This document shows positions 27,552 to 37,664 of a stretch of DNA of 60,174 nt, in pieces (positions within the stretch are counted from its first letter, which is position 1; each line of letters opens with the position of its first letter). Position numbers and translations under genes: made by a program. The stretch lies in sequence record DRR723986_566. One strand, written 5' to 3'. A model generated the notes under the pieces. That model searched no databases. It was not told the DNA's origin and worked only from the letters and a program-made list of their open reading frames with translations.

Positions 27552-29444
27552 TTAACCTGCATTCACTGTAGCAATCCATTGGTCGACCATCCGTTCCAGA
27601 ACGCCGAGCGGTACGGCACCGCCGCCCAAAACTGTGTCATGGAAACCTTTGATGTCAAACTTGTCGCCAAGGGCTTCTTCTGCTTTAGCACGCAGTTGCT
27701 GGATTTTGATCATGCCAATTTTATAGCTTGTCGCCTGACCCGGTAGCACCATATAGCGCTGTGTTTCCGAACGGGCCTGTTCCTCTGTGATTGCGGAATT
27801 GTCGAGGAAATAAGCAACAGCCTGTTCTTCGGTCCAGCCCTTTGAATGCAGGCCAGTGTCAAGCACTAAGCGAATAGCGCGCCACATCTCAGAGCCCAGC
27901 CTGCCAAAGTCAGAATAGGGGTCTGTGTATGTGCCTTCCATTTCCTTGGCGAGAATTTCGGAATACAGCCCCCAGCCTTCAGAGTAGGCGTTGAAGTTGG
28001 CTTGGGTTCTGAAGGTTGGCACGCTTTCCAGCTCTTGCTGGATGGCGATTTGCATATGATGACCCGGTAGGCCCTCGTGGTAGGCAATCACCTCTAGTTC
28101 GCCCTTTGGCATGGCTGTCATATCAGACAGGTGTGCATAGTAAACGCCGGGGCGGCTTCCATCCGGCGTGCCGGGGAAATAATGCTGTGCCGCCCCCGGT
28201 TGTTCGCGGAAAGGCTCAACCCGGCGCACTTCAAGGTCCGCCTTGGGCAGAATGCCAAAATAGTCTGGTAGTTTGGCTTTGATGTTTTCAATCGCCGCTG
28301 TGGAATCGTCAATGTATCCTTGGCGCCCTTCATCTGTATCGGGGTAGTAGTGGCGGCGGTCATCTTTGCTATCGCGCAGCGAGATGAAAAAGGATTTTAA
28401 GTCGCCTTCGAATCCAACGCTTTCCTTGATGGCTTCCATCTCTGCTTTAATGCGTGCCACTTCGCTAAGGCCAAGTTCATGAATTTCATCGGCTGTCAAA
28501 TCGGTGGTGGTTTGGTTGGCAAGTCGCTCATTGTAATAGGCTTCGCCGTTTGGAAGGGCGCTAACGCCGGTACCAACTTCAGCGGTGTTTTTGATGTCTT
28601 CTTCCTGCCAGTCAATCAAACGCTGGTAGGCGGGCTGCCAATCATTCACCAAGGCATTGCGGGCGGCGGTGGTTAGGGCGTCTGCTTGGGTTTGGTCTAT
28701 TGTTCCGGCATCAAGCAAGCTTTTTACTTTGCCTTGAGCGTCGGCCCAAATGGAGCTGTCATCGCCTTCAGTGAAGGGTGCGCCTGTAATGATTTGGCGA
28801 GCAGAATCCAGTACGCCTTCGAAGGCAAAGCGCGGCGGGCGTACCCCTGTTGCAGCATTTTCCTTCGACAGTGCGATTAGCTGATCTAGCGCTACAGCAG
28901 TTGCGCTGATGCGGGATATGTATGCTTCCATGTCAGAGGCGTCTGCAACGGCATGGAAGGCAATTAATAGCTGCGGGAAGAAAGCATGCGTTGCGTTCAT
29001 TTGCTCGAAAATATACGCATTGGTACGAAACACATCAGCGGCTTCTGCTGATTCAAGCTGTTGCGCCCAAATGTCATATGAAACTTGGGCATCATTGCTT
29101 AATTTATTATAGTCAAAATTGGCTTTCATTTCAGCAACGCTTGCGCGTTTCCAAGCCAATTGTTCCGCTTGTGCTTCTGCCGAAAAGTCATCCAACTTGT
29201 CATTGTCAGTTTTACGGCCCAGGAAGGTTAATGTAATAGGGCTGAAAGCAAGTTCAGCCTCAAACTGCGTCTCAAACCATTCGTTCAGGCGCGCCGATTC
29301 CTCGGCAACAAGATCAGCTGCTAAGGCTTCTTTTGCTGGTGCATTGTTGGACTGCGTGCTTGCCGGTTCACAGGCAACTAGAGTTGTAGAAGCCATAAGG
29401 GCAATAAAAAAGCGGCTAAGACTTGGCTTGAAAGAATGGTTCAT
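27552..29444 (-). CDS. DUF885 family lipoprotein (metallopeptidase-like)
   Basis: Lipobox LVAC; YHEGLPGHH, YSEGWGLYSE, PGQATSYKIG. Confidence 0.93.
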   Translation of the reverse strand: MNHSFKPSLSRFFIALMASTTLVACEPASTQSNNAPAKEALAADLVAEESARLNEWFETQFEAELAFSPITLTFLGRKTDNDKLDDFSAEAQAEQLAWKRASVAEMKANFDYNKLSNDAQVSYDIWAQQLESAEAADVFRTNAYIFEQMNATHAFFPQLLIAFHAVADASDMEAYISRISATAVALDQLIALSKENAATGVRPPRFAFEGVLDSARQIITGAPFTEGDDSSIWADAQGKVKSLLDAGTIDQTQADALTTAARNALVNDWQPAYQRLIDWQEEDIKNTAEVGTGVSALPNGEAYYNERLANQTTTDLTADEIHELGLSEVARIKAEMEAIKESVGFEGDLKSFFISLRDSKDDRRHYYPDTDEGRQGYIDDSTAAIENIKAKLPDYFGILPKADLEVRRVEPFREQPGAAQHYFPGTPDGSRPGVYYAHLSDMTAMPKGELEVIAYHEGLPGHHMQIAIQQELESVPTFRTQANFNAYSEGWGLYSEILAKEMEGTYTDPYSDFGRLGSEMWRAIRLVLDTGLHSKGWTEEQAVAYFLDNSAITEEQARSETQRYMVLPGQATSYKIGMIKIQQLRAKAEEALGDKFDIKGFHDTVLGGGAVPLGVLERMVDQWIATVNAG

Positions 29445-29658
29445 GGGTCCCTCATTAAATTCATTGAATGTCGAAAAAAATTTGCAAACTGTTGCTTAGA
29501 GCAAGGTGCAAGTCAAGAATAGGGCGTTGAACTGCCGTACTTGCAGGATGGAATGATGTTATGAAAGACATTCTAGGTTATTATTCATGGTAAGGTAAAA
29601 TATAGAGTTGGCTAGTTTTCTAGCCTTTGGCTTTGAACTCTGTAAGGGGGATGTTGAG

Positions 29659-30561
29659 ATGAATTTCGGGAAAATGATTACTTTTATTATCTGCTTTGTT
29701 TTTATGAGCGCTGCATCAGTTGGCGCTGAAGACGGTAAGAAAATATACATATCAGCTGATATGGAAGGGCTTGCCGGCGCTGTAACCATGGAACAATTAG
29801 GCCCCGGCGGGTTTGAATATGAGAAGTACCGCAAAATTTATACTGCTGAAGTGAATGCAGCTATTGATGCTGCGTTTGAAGCGGGGGCAACGGAAATTCT
29901 TGTGAGCGATTCTCATGGTAACGGCCAAGGCCTGTTAGTTGACCAGCTTAACCAGAAAGTACAATTGGTTCGCTCCTGGCCCCGCCCTTTTGGCATGATG
30001 CAAGGCATTGACGAAACATTCGATGGTGTATTTTTCATTGGCTATCATGCCAGTGCCACCAGCAGTGCCGGTATTAGGGCGCACACAATGTCCAGTGCGC
30101 ACCTAGCGTCGGTAAAGTTGAACGGCGTTTCTATGTCAGAGGCCAGTTTCAACGCGGCAATTGCGGGACATTTTGGTGTGCCGGTTCTCATGATTTCCGG
30201 TGACAACGCTGCCACCAATGAGGCTGCCTCCCTAATCGGTGATATTGAAGAGGCGGTTGTTAAATGGGCGTATGGTTTCCATTCCGGCAAGACAATGTTG
30301 CCATCCGCCGCGAGGAAAGTGATCGCCGAAAAGGCTGAAAAGGCCATGTCTAAAATTGGGGAGATCAAACCTTACAAACTGTCTGGGCCGATTGAGCTGG
30401 ATATTACTTTCCAAAGTTATCTGCCCTCAGAAGTGCTAGCCTATTTGCCGATTGTCGAACGTATTGACGCACGAACGGTTCGGTATATTGGCGCGGATAT
30501 GGTCGAGGTCTCGAAATTCCTGCAATTTGTTGAGGGCTTTTCAGCTGATATGAAACCATAA
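29659..30561 (+). CDS. M55 family D-aminopeptidase (DppA-like) with signal peptide
   Basis: KIYISADMEG, VSDSHG, IGYHA, AHT, ISGD. Confidence 0.92.
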   Translation: MNFGKMITFIICFVFMSAASVGAEDGKKIYISADMEGLAGAVTMEQLGPGGFEYEKYRKIYTAEVNAAIDAAFEAGATEILVSDSHGNGQGLLVDQLNQKVQLVRSWPRPFGMMQGIDETFDGVFFIGYHASATSSAGIRAHTMSSAHLASVKLNGVSMSEASFNAAIAGHFGVPVLMISGDNAATNEAASLIGDIEEAVVKWAYGFHSGKTMLPSAARKVIAEKAEKAMSKIGEIKPYKLSGPIELDITFQSYLPSEVLAYLPIVERIDARTVRYIGADMVEVSKFLQFVEGFSADMKP

Positions 30562-30600
30562 CATTCATTCTCAGCCTCTTTTAACCAGATTTCAGTTAGG

Positions 30601-30803
30601 CAAAAAAAAGGCCCCGCCTAGACGGAGCCAAATATCCTCGACGGGTATAACGGGAGGGGGGTCCCGTAGCCCTACTCGAGGATTAATTGGCCAGCCCTGA
30701 AATTGGGGGGAGGGGGGAGAGTATCAGGACCGGCCATTATGACGGAAAACCGTCAAAAATCCTTGCCGCCTAAGCGTCACTGTTGTGATTGCTCGTTGGC
30801 GGT
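30601..30803 (-). ncRNA. Candidate anti-SD sRNA (AbcR/cuckoo-like)
   Basis: Five successive hairpins, two with C-rich CCCUCCC segments, ending in GGCUCCGUCUAGGCGGGGCC-U8 terminator; TATATA -10 at 30815-30810; no ORF. Confidence 0.7.
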
Positions 30804-30861
30804 GACCCGTATATAGGTGGGTAAATGCAGTAGTAAAACCCGTTGAATTGACAAACCAGAC

Positions 30862-30876
30862 ATGCGTTAAATGCAT
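30862..30876. promoter_or_regulatory. LysR-type box ATGC-N7-GCAT
   Basis: ATGCGTTAAATGCAT palindrome about 60-75 bp upstream of the putative sRNA start. Confidence 0.6.
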
Positions 30877-30958
30877 AGCTAATGCTTTGACGCATGATAA
30901 TGGTTAATGTGAGCAACGAGCGCGCGGGCATATAAAAAATGTGGGGAGTGAGCAGGTG

Positions 30959-32635
30959 ATGCGTATCTATTATGCTGTTATTAAAGCATTATTTTTAGTT
31001 TTTCTGATTACGGCTGGCGGTGTTTCAGCCCAATCAAGACACGCAAACTATGACGCAGTCAGGCAAGCTGTTGATCAACGCGAAGGTGAAAGCCCGTTGC
31101 TGGCCCCCGCAATTGCTGCAGGAGATTATGATGCCTTGCGCCTTTGGGGCTTAAACGGAGCAAAAGCGTGCGCGGTGATTCGGCCTTATTTGTTACATGA
31201 TCTTCACGCCATAAAAGTTACAGCGCTGCAGGGTTTGGCCAATTGCCGCGATACAGAAAGCGTCAATCAAATCCTGATGATGGCAAAAACTGGCGACAGC
31301 ACCGAAGTACGGGCTGCGGCTTTTAATGCCCTAGCATTCACAACACCTGAAAGTGCGCGCGGAGACCACACCGCATTGGTGGCGGTTACCCTGGCAAGTG
31401 AAGCTGATGAGGCTGAAAAAGCCGCGGCGCTATATGGCTTGATGCAAAGCATTACATATTCGGGTCTGTCTCCCGCCGACTTGCCCGCTCTGGATTTTGA
31501 AGTGCTCTTAAACTATGCAGCCATACCGGGGTCGGTTGGGATGCAAGGGGCATATTTGCTGTCTCGTATTGCGGGCCTTCAATCAGTTTATTCTGTGAGC
31601 GAAGTTATGAGTGCTATATCCAGCACCGCACCAGCGCAGCAATATGTGCTGGCGGCCCGCGTGTTGCCGCAATTTGGCAATGAAGCAAGCGCCGCTCTTA
31701 TTAAGTTGGCATCAAGTGATAACCCGCTGCTTGCAACCAGCGCCTTGCGCGGTTTTGGCGCGCTAACAGATGCTGCCAGTATGGCGTTCATTGAGGGAGC
31801 TTTATCGCATGATGACGCAGCAGTCCGCAGCCTTGCTGTTTCGGCCCTTGCTGCCCGCGGCGGCGATGACGGTGTGATTGCCGCCCAGCTTGCAACCCTT
31901 GCTGAGGATGAAAACCCCTGGGTGTCTGTGGCGGCACTGCGCGGTTTAATGCAACTGGCACCAAACCAGGCTATGCCGGTAGCAAAGGCGTGGGTTGCCG
32001 GTGACAATTATTACCGGGCATTTGTTGCGCTGGGCATGCTTGCTCAGTCCGATGAGGGAAAGGCCTTTTTGCAGACATATGCGGAAGCTAACCCCGCAAC
32101 AATTCGGGGCCGTGAAGCCGCAATAGCGCTGGACCCTTCAATAGAAGCGATCAGGCAACCGCGCAAAACACCATCTGTTTCATTGGTGCAGTCTTACATG
32201 CGTCGCCAGTTGGCGCTGCACACCACGCGTGGTTTGGTCTGTATAGCACCTATTGAAGATGCTCCCTATGCCGCCGCCAATTTTATGTTGCTGGCGGATG
32301 CCGGAAAAATGGATGGCATGCTATGGCACCGGGTAATTCCAAACTTCGTGACCCAAGCCGGGCAGTCTGAGGATTTCAGCCTGTCAACCTGGGGTACAAT
32401 TCGTGAAGAATGGGGCGCGCCGTCCCACGAGGTAGGCACAGTCGGCGTGGCAACCGCGGGGCCTGATACAGGCAGTGCGCAGTTTTTTATCAACACAGCG
32501 CATAATGTGCATCTGGATGGCCGCTATACGGTTTTTGGTAAAGTGAATGAGGGCATGCCGGTTGTTTATGCGTTGCAAGAAGGCGACGTGATAGAAAAAG
32601 CGGAAACGCTTTCAGTCAATGACACCTGCAACTGA
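30959..32635 (+). CDS. Exported HEAT-repeat + cyclophilin-type PPIase
   Basis: Signal peptide; VRAAAFNALA/VRSLAVSALA repeats; WHRVIPNFVTQAG, DTGSAQFFIN, HLDGRYTVFGKV. Confidence 0.9.
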   Translation: MRIYYAVIKALFLVFLITAGGVSAQSRHANYDAVRQAVDQREGESPLLAPAIAAGDYDALRLWGLNGAKACAVIRPYLLHDLHAIKVTALQGLANCRDTESVNQILMMAKTGDSTEVRAAAFNALAFTTPESARGDHTALVAVTLASEADEAEKAAALYGLMQSITYSGLSPADLPALDFEVLLNYAAIPGSVGMQGAYLLSRIAGLQSVYSVSEVMSAISSTAPAQQYVLAARVLPQFGNEASAALIKLASSDNPLLATSALRGFGALTDAASMAFIEGALSHDDAAVRSLAVSALAARGGDDGVIAAQLATLAEDENPWVSVAALRGLMQLAPNQAMPVAKAWVAGDNYYRAFVALGMLAQSDEGKAFLQTYAEANPATIRGREAAIALDPSIEAIRQPRKTPSVSLVQSYMRRQLALHTTRGLVCIAPIEDAPYAAANFMLLADAGKMDGMLWHRVIPNFVTQAGQSEDFSLSTWGTIREEWGAPSHEVGTVGVATAGPDTGSAQFFINTAHNVHLDGRYTVFGKVNEGMPVVYALQEGDVIEKAETLSVNDTCN

Positions 32636-32638
32636 GGT

Positions 32639-33532
32639 CTAAAGAATATTACTTTCGGCGCGGATTTGCCTGATCATAAAGTCCCGAAACAGCGCCACCC
32701 GCAGCGAGCCGCGCAGTTCTGGCGGGTAGCAATAATAGCTGTTAAAAGGCACGCCTTCTACGTCGGGCAACACACGAACCAGTTTTTGCCGGTTATGAAC
32801 TAAGTAATCCGGCAACACGGCAATGCCCATGCCTGCTTCAACGGCATGTAGCACACCGTATAGGTTGTTAACCTCTAGCCGGGGCTTGCGTTTGTGGGTT
32901 TCTTTGCCCACCTCCAAAAGCCAGTTAAGGCCCTTGATAACAGGGGCAGAGCTGGTGCCGAATGTTATGAGGTCATGGGCATCCAGGTCAGCGGTAGTGA
33001 CAGGCGTGCCTTTGCGCGCAAGATACTCCGGGCTGGCGTAAATATGATTATGGAAAGTGGCTAGTGGCCGCTGGATCAAGTCAGCTTGTTGGGGTTCATG
33101 TAAGCGAATGGCAACGTCAGCTTCTCCGGCGGAGAGGTCTAAATCAGCGTCATCCAGAATGATTTTCAGGTCGATTTCCGGATATTCCAGCACAAATTGC
33201 TCGAGATGCGGTGTTAACCACACCGCGCCGAAAGTTACCATTGTGGTTACCCGCAACAAGCCTGATGGACGTTCGCGCGATTCCATCAATTTGCGTTCTG
33301 TTTCATCAATGCGGTGCACCACATCGCGGGCGGTGGCGTATAGGTCTTGCCCTTCCTGGGTCAGCACAAGCCCGCGGGCGTGGCGGGTAAACAGCGAGAC
33401 ATTCAAACTGTCCTCAAGTGCACGAATTTGACGGCTGACGGCAGACTGGCTGCAATTTAATTTCACACCGGCACCAGTGAAGCTGCCGCTGTCAGCAACT
33501 GTGTGAAATATGCGTAGTCTGTCCCAGTCCAT
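32639..33532 (-). CDS. LysR regulator, probable LsrB/VtlR orthologue
   Basis: MDWDRLRIFH..SQSAVSRQI, LFTRHARGLVLT, EADVAIRL..PQQADLIQRPL; downstream of trxB as in Rhizobiales. Confidence 0.85.
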   Translation of the reverse strand: MDWDRLRIFHTVADSGSFTGAGVKLNCSQSAVSRQIRALEDSLNVSLFTRHARGLVLTQEGQDLYATARDVVHRIDETERKLMESRERPSGLLRVTTMVTFGAVWLTPHLEQFVLEYPEIDLKIILDDADLDLSAGEADVAIRLHEPQQADLIQRPLATFHNHIYASPEYLARKGTPVTTADLDAHDLITFGTSSAPVIKGLNWLLEVGKETHKRKPRLEVNNLYGVLHAVEAGMGIAVLPDYLVHNRQKLVRVLPDVEGVPFNSYYCYPPELRGSLRVALFRDFMIRQIRAESNIL

Positions 33533-33676
33533 GAATATGCTCCTGCGTTATGGCACTATTTCACCCTGAACCCGGCTCTGCAAGAAAATCGAGCACCGAA
33601 CGTATTATATTCGGCGTGTGAAACGATATATTTACCTGCGGTACATATGCTCAGCGCGGATCAATAGGAATCTGTG

Positions 33677-33973
33677 ATGAGTGATCGAGACATACTTCAG
33701 CAAGCGGCAACAGTATTTCGCCAGCATTACCCTGCTTTGACAGCAGAGGCGGTTATTACTTTTATCGTCGTTGCAGACAACGAGCGGTCAAGCATCAGTG
33801 ATGTTGCGGCTTCCATGGGCCAAAGTGAGGCGCATATCTTTCATCACACAGCGCCGCTAAGGGATGCAGGGCTTGTTGTTTTGCAACCTGACCGGGACGG
33901 CAGTAATATAATATTATTGACCGGCCGGGGCGAAGAAGCCAAAAAAGCCATTAGTGAGAGATGTGCAGGGTAG
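33677..33973 (+). CDS. Small winged-helix (MarR-like) protein
   Basis: SISDVAASMG HTH, LRDAGLV, LTGRG wing. Confidence 0.65.
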   Translation: MSDRDILQQAATVFRQHYPALTAEAVITFIVVADNERSSISDVAASMGQSEAHIFHHTAPLRDAGLVVLQPDRDGSNIILLTGRGEEAKKAISERCAG

Positions 33974-33977
33974 GTAA

Positions 33978-34502
33978 ATGCAACCCGGTGAAATAATGGA
34001 ATTGCTGGCCGAAGGTGAGCGCAAGGCTGTTGCAAAATCAACGGCGGTTGCGCAGGCCGTTTTGGCCAACCCTGAGACAGTGAAAATATTAGTGGACGCC
34101 TTGTCGTCTTCTAATCTCACCATTGTCTCGCATGCAGCGCATGCTTTGCTCACTGTTTTCAAGAAAAAACCGGCGCTCTTAAACCCATTTGCCGACCAGT
34201 TACTGGCCGCTTTTAAGCGCAATCAGTGGGAAGTTCTTGAGCAATTGGCGAAAATTCTACCGGGGCTTGACCTACCAAAACCTGAACAGCGCACCCTTGT
34301 TGCCAGACTTGAGGCCGTTTTCTATGAGGGTCGGTCAAGCATAGCGCGCACCAGCGCATTACAGGCGCTTAATGACCTGGGCGCGCAGCATCAGGTTTGG
34401 CGTGACCGATCAAACAAAGCGATGAAATTTGCCTTTGAGCAAGGCACTAAGGCGATGCAGGCGCGGGCAAGAAAGCTCATGGATACGCGCCGAAAACCCT
34501 GA
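33978..34502 (+). CDS. HEAT/ARM-like helical hypothetical protein
   Basis: LVDALSSSNLTIVSHAAHAL and SSIARTSALQAL repeats. Confidence 0.65.
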   Translation: MQPGEIMELLAEGERKAVAKSTAVAQAVLANPETVKILVDALSSSNLTIVSHAAHALLTVFKKKPALLNPFADQLLAAFKRNQWEVLEQLAKILPGLDLPKPEQRTLVARLEAVFYEGRSSIARTSALQALNDLGAQHQVWRDRSNKAMKFAFEQGTKAMQARARKLMDTRRKP

Positions 34503-34653
34503 AGGTGATTAACAAGAGGCTGGCACAAAAAAAGGTGGCCACTTGTATAGCCAAGCCTTGCTTGATCGGCTCAAAGCTCCCCAAGAAGGCTTTCTTCGTG
34601 AAATTCTTGCCAATTTCATCTTAGACGTTAAGGTTGCGGGAAGGGCGATTTTT

Positions 34654-36438
34654 ATGGGTGGACTTTTCAGCGAAATTCGACGCCGCAACGTGGTGCAAGG
34701 CGCTATTGCTTATGCCGTTGCCGGTTGGCTGGTTATTCAGTTGGCGATGGCTCTGGAAGATGCTCTTGAGCTGCCGTCCTATGTTGATCGTTGGGCAACC
34801 ATGGCCGTCATCGGCGGATTACCAATTGCTGTTCTTTTGTCCTGGTTGTTTGACATTTCGCTGGACGGTATTCGGCTGACGCCCAAACCAGAGGTTATAG
34901 AGGCACAACCGGTTTTCACGGATGCCGTGCTGGCGAACCGAGCCGCAACGCCCAAAAAATCAATCGCAGTCCTGCCATTTGTCGACATGAGCAGGCAGGG
35001 CGATCAGGAATATTTCGCCGATGGGGTCTCCGAGGAGATATTAAATGCATTGGTAAAGGTCACGGAACTGAAAGTTGCTGGGCGCACCTCTTCATTTGCC
35101 TTTAAAGGTAAAAATGAAGACCTCCGCGGTGTTGGAGAGATACTCGGTGTTGCACACGTACTTGAGGGGTCGGTGCGCAAACAAGGCGACAAGGTTCGCA
35201 TTACGGCTCAGCTCATTCAGGTGAGAGATGGGTTCCATCTCTGGTCGGAGACCTATAATGGTGAGCTCACTGACATTTTCGACCTGCAGGACACCATCGC
35301 CAAATCTATAGTTGAAGAGCTTAAGATCGTGCTGGATGCCGCGCTCCAGCCAAGGCTTGCAACCAACTTGACCAACAGTCCTGAAGCCTACGAGTATTTT
35401 CTGCAAGCGCGGCCACTTGTTCACCTAATGTCGGGACAGGATACATTACCAAAAGCTGTGGAGCTGCTTGAAAAGGCCGTTAGCCTGGATCCGAATTTTG
35501 CAGAAGCCTGGTCATGGCTTGCTGATGCACATTATTCTCTTCCGGATATGTCGATTACGCGAAAGCAAAAGCACCATTTTGAACGAGGGCGCCAAGCTGT
35601 TGCGCGCTCTCTTGAACTCGATCCGGATTTGCCTCATGTTTATCATGCTGCCGGTTACCGTGCGTCTGTCGATAACAATGTCTGCGGAATTGTCGCAATG
35701 TTTCATAAAGGGCATATGACAGACCCGAACGATGCAGAGATGAAAGTTGCTTACGGCGCTGGCCTGAACTGCCTTGGCCTCTCCAAGCAGGGAGACCCGC
35801 TTATCAAGGAAGGGTTGGCACAAGAGCCGCTCATGCCCTCACATCTCAACAATGAAGGCTTGGGTGAGTGGGGTTTGGGGGATGTTGATGCTGCAGGCCT
35901 AACATTTAGGCGCGCGTTTGAGCTTGGTTCACCAGAAGCGGCTTTTTTTGAAGCCTACCGGCTCGCCTGTCTTTCTAAGCCCAGGGAAGCAATTGACCAC
36001 ATTCGTGCGCGAAAAGACCGGTTTGAGCCTATCACAAAACAGTATTTTCGTATTCCGATGACCTGGTTTATGTTCGACTTAGCGGTCTTCCGGAAATCAG
36101 GTTTTTTTAGGTGGATCTTGGGTCAGACAATGCCTTGGCTCGTCCGACTTGGTCTTGCAACCCCAAGTCTTTACATTCCATTTGTTTATATTTTCCTGGG
36201 CGATCCGGCAGGCGTTTTCCGAATGACGAGGCAATATAGAACGCCGTATTTATTTCTCATCACGCAAATGATCTTTTTACCAACAGAAGAAGCGCTGCGT
36301 ATTCGTACCCACAAAGACTTCCCAAAATTTGCTGAAGAGATTGGTCTGGTTAAAGGGTGGCAAACCTATGGTTGGCCGCCGCAAATTCAGCCCAAGCCCG
36401 GCACAGATGGCTCAGACCTTCAATTCACCTGTTCCTAA
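34654..36438 (+). CDS. Membrane-anchored TolB_N-like/TPR protein
   Basis: FSEIRRRNV..YAVAGW TMs; SIAVLPFVDMS..QEYFADG, GRTSSFAFKG, LEGSVRK; TPR segments LDPNFAEAW. Confidence 0.88.
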   Translation: MGGLFSEIRRRNVVQGAIAYAVAGWLVIQLAMALEDALELPSYVDRWATMAVIGGLPIAVLLSWLFDISLDGIRLTPKPEVIEAQPVFTDAVLANRAATPKKSIAVLPFVDMSRQGDQEYFADGVSEEILNALVKVTELKVAGRTSSFAFKGKNEDLRGVGEILGVAHVLEGSVRKQGDKVRITAQLIQVRDGFHLWSETYNGELTDIFDLQDTIAKSIVEELKIVLDAALQPRLATNLTNSPEAYEYFLQARPLVHLMSGQDTLPKAVELLEKAVSLDPNFAEAWSWLADAHYSLPDMSITRKQKHHFERGRQAVARSLELDPDLPHVYHAAGYRASVDNNVCGIVAMFHKGHMTDPNDAEMKVAYGAGLNCLGLSKQGDPLIKEGLAQEPLMPSHLNNEGLGEWGLGDVDAAGLTFRRAFELGSPEAAFFEAYRLACLSKPREAIDHIRARKDRFEPITKQYFRIPMTWFMFDLAVFRKSGFFRWILGQTMPWLVRLGLATPSLYIPFVYIFLGDPAGVFRMTRQYRTPYLFLITQMIFLPTEEALRIRTHKDFPKFAEEIGLVKGWQTYGWPPQIQPKPGTDGSDLQFTCS

Positions 36439-36483
36439 TCGGTTGTGCAGGGCGTATATCGAATAAGCTATAGGGCCAAGTAT

Positions 36484-36514
36484 AAAAAAAGGTGACCGCT
36501 GGGTCACCTTTTTT
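36484..36514. terminator. Bidirectional intrinsic terminator
   Basis: AAAAAAAGGTGACC-GCTG-GGTCACCTTTTTT. Confidence 0.9.
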
Positions 36515-36548
36515 ATTTCTGTGTAGCGCTTAACCAAATGAGGCTGGC

Positions 36549-37511
36549 TCACTCAGCCGCTTTGGCGTGCTCAAGCCCCGCAATATATTTCTCTGCCTCC
36601 AGCGCTGCCATGCAGCCCATGCCCGCAGCGGTTACGGCTTGGCGGTATATCTTGTCGGTGACATCACCGGCGGCGTATACGCCAGGAATATTGGTGGCCG
36701 TGCTGTCTGGCTCTTTAATGATATAGCCTTCATCGTCCATTGGCAGTTGGCCTTTGAATATGTCCGTTGAAGGGGTATGGCCAATGGCAATGAAAACACC
36801 GTGCACATCAAGCTCGGTAATCTCGCCTGTTTGCGTGTGCTTCAACTTTACGCCGGTAACACCCAGTGGTTCTTCGGTGCCAACAACTTCTTTAAGAACA
36901 TGGTTCCATTGCACCTCAACGTTTTCGGCGGCAAACAGGCGGTCTTGCAAAATTTTCTCAGACCGCAGCTCATCGCGCCGGTGAACCAGCGTTACTTTTG
37001 AACAGATGTTCGAAAGATACAGCGCTTCTTCAACCGCTGTGTTGCCGCCGCCAACAACGATGACTTCCTTGCCGCGGTAGAAAAAGCCGTCGCAGGTTGC
37101 ACAGGCAGAAACGCCGTAACCGTTAAACTTTTCCTCAGATGGTAGGCCGAGCCAGCGTGCTTGTGCGCCGGTAGAGACAACAATGGTGTCAGCGGTATAT
37201 ACGGTACCGCTGTCGCCGATGGCACGCTTTGGTGTTGCCTTCAGGTCTACTTCATTAATGAGGTCATAGATGATTTCAGTACCAACATTTTCGGCTTGCT
37301 GGCGCATGGCTTCCATCAGGTCCGGGCCTTGCACCGCATCAGCAAAGCCGGGGTAGTTTTCCACGTCTGTGGTGATGGTTAGCTGGCCACCAGCCTGCAT
37401 GCCAGTTACGATCATGGGCTGAATGTTGGCGCGGGCTGCGTAAATGGCGGCAGTATAGCCTGCCGGGCCTGAACCAATGATCAGCATTTTACTATGTTTT
37501 GTTTCACTCAT
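36549..37511 (-). CDS. trxB: Thioredoxin-disulfide reductase
   Basis: [35 protein letters not shown]. Confidence 0.98.
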   Translation of the reverse strand: MSETKHSKMLIIGSGPAGYTAAIYAARANIQPMIVTGMQAGGQLTITTDVENYPGFADAVQGPDLMEAMRQQAENVGTEIIYDLINEVDLKATPKRAIGDSGTVYTADTIVVSTGAQARWLGLPSEEKFNGYGVSACATCDGFFYRGKEVIVVGGGNTAVEEALYLSNICSKVTLVHRRDELRSEKILQDRLFAAENVEVQWNHVLKEVVGTEEPLGVTGVKLKHTQTGEITELDVHGVFIAIGHTPSTDIFKGQLPMDDEGYIIKEPDSTATNIPGVYAAGDVTDKIYRQAVTAAGMGCMAALEAEKYIAGLEHAKAAE

Positions 37512-37611
37512 AACCGTATCCTTTTTGTCCTTAAGCAATAATTCTATTGCGTGCGGCCCTTTACATAATGGCTTGACCGGGAAAAGCCAATAGTATGTAG
37601 GCGTGGCGGCA

Positions 37612-37648
37612 ATGGATTGTGTCGATAGGGTTAATCGGTTTGGCCGAT
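37612..37648. promoter_or_regulatory. OxyR-like site upstream of trxB
   Basis: ATGG-N7-CGAT-N7-ATCG-N7-CGAT matches ATAG-N7-CTAT-N7-ATAG-N7-CTAT spacing. Confidence 0.65.
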
Positions 37649-37664
37649 TATTAGCCTGGACCAG

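Noticed and set aside
30650-30720. G-runs as a G-quadruplex or phase-variable tract
   Set aside because: Better explained as C-rich segments of minus-strand hairpins; not within a CDS
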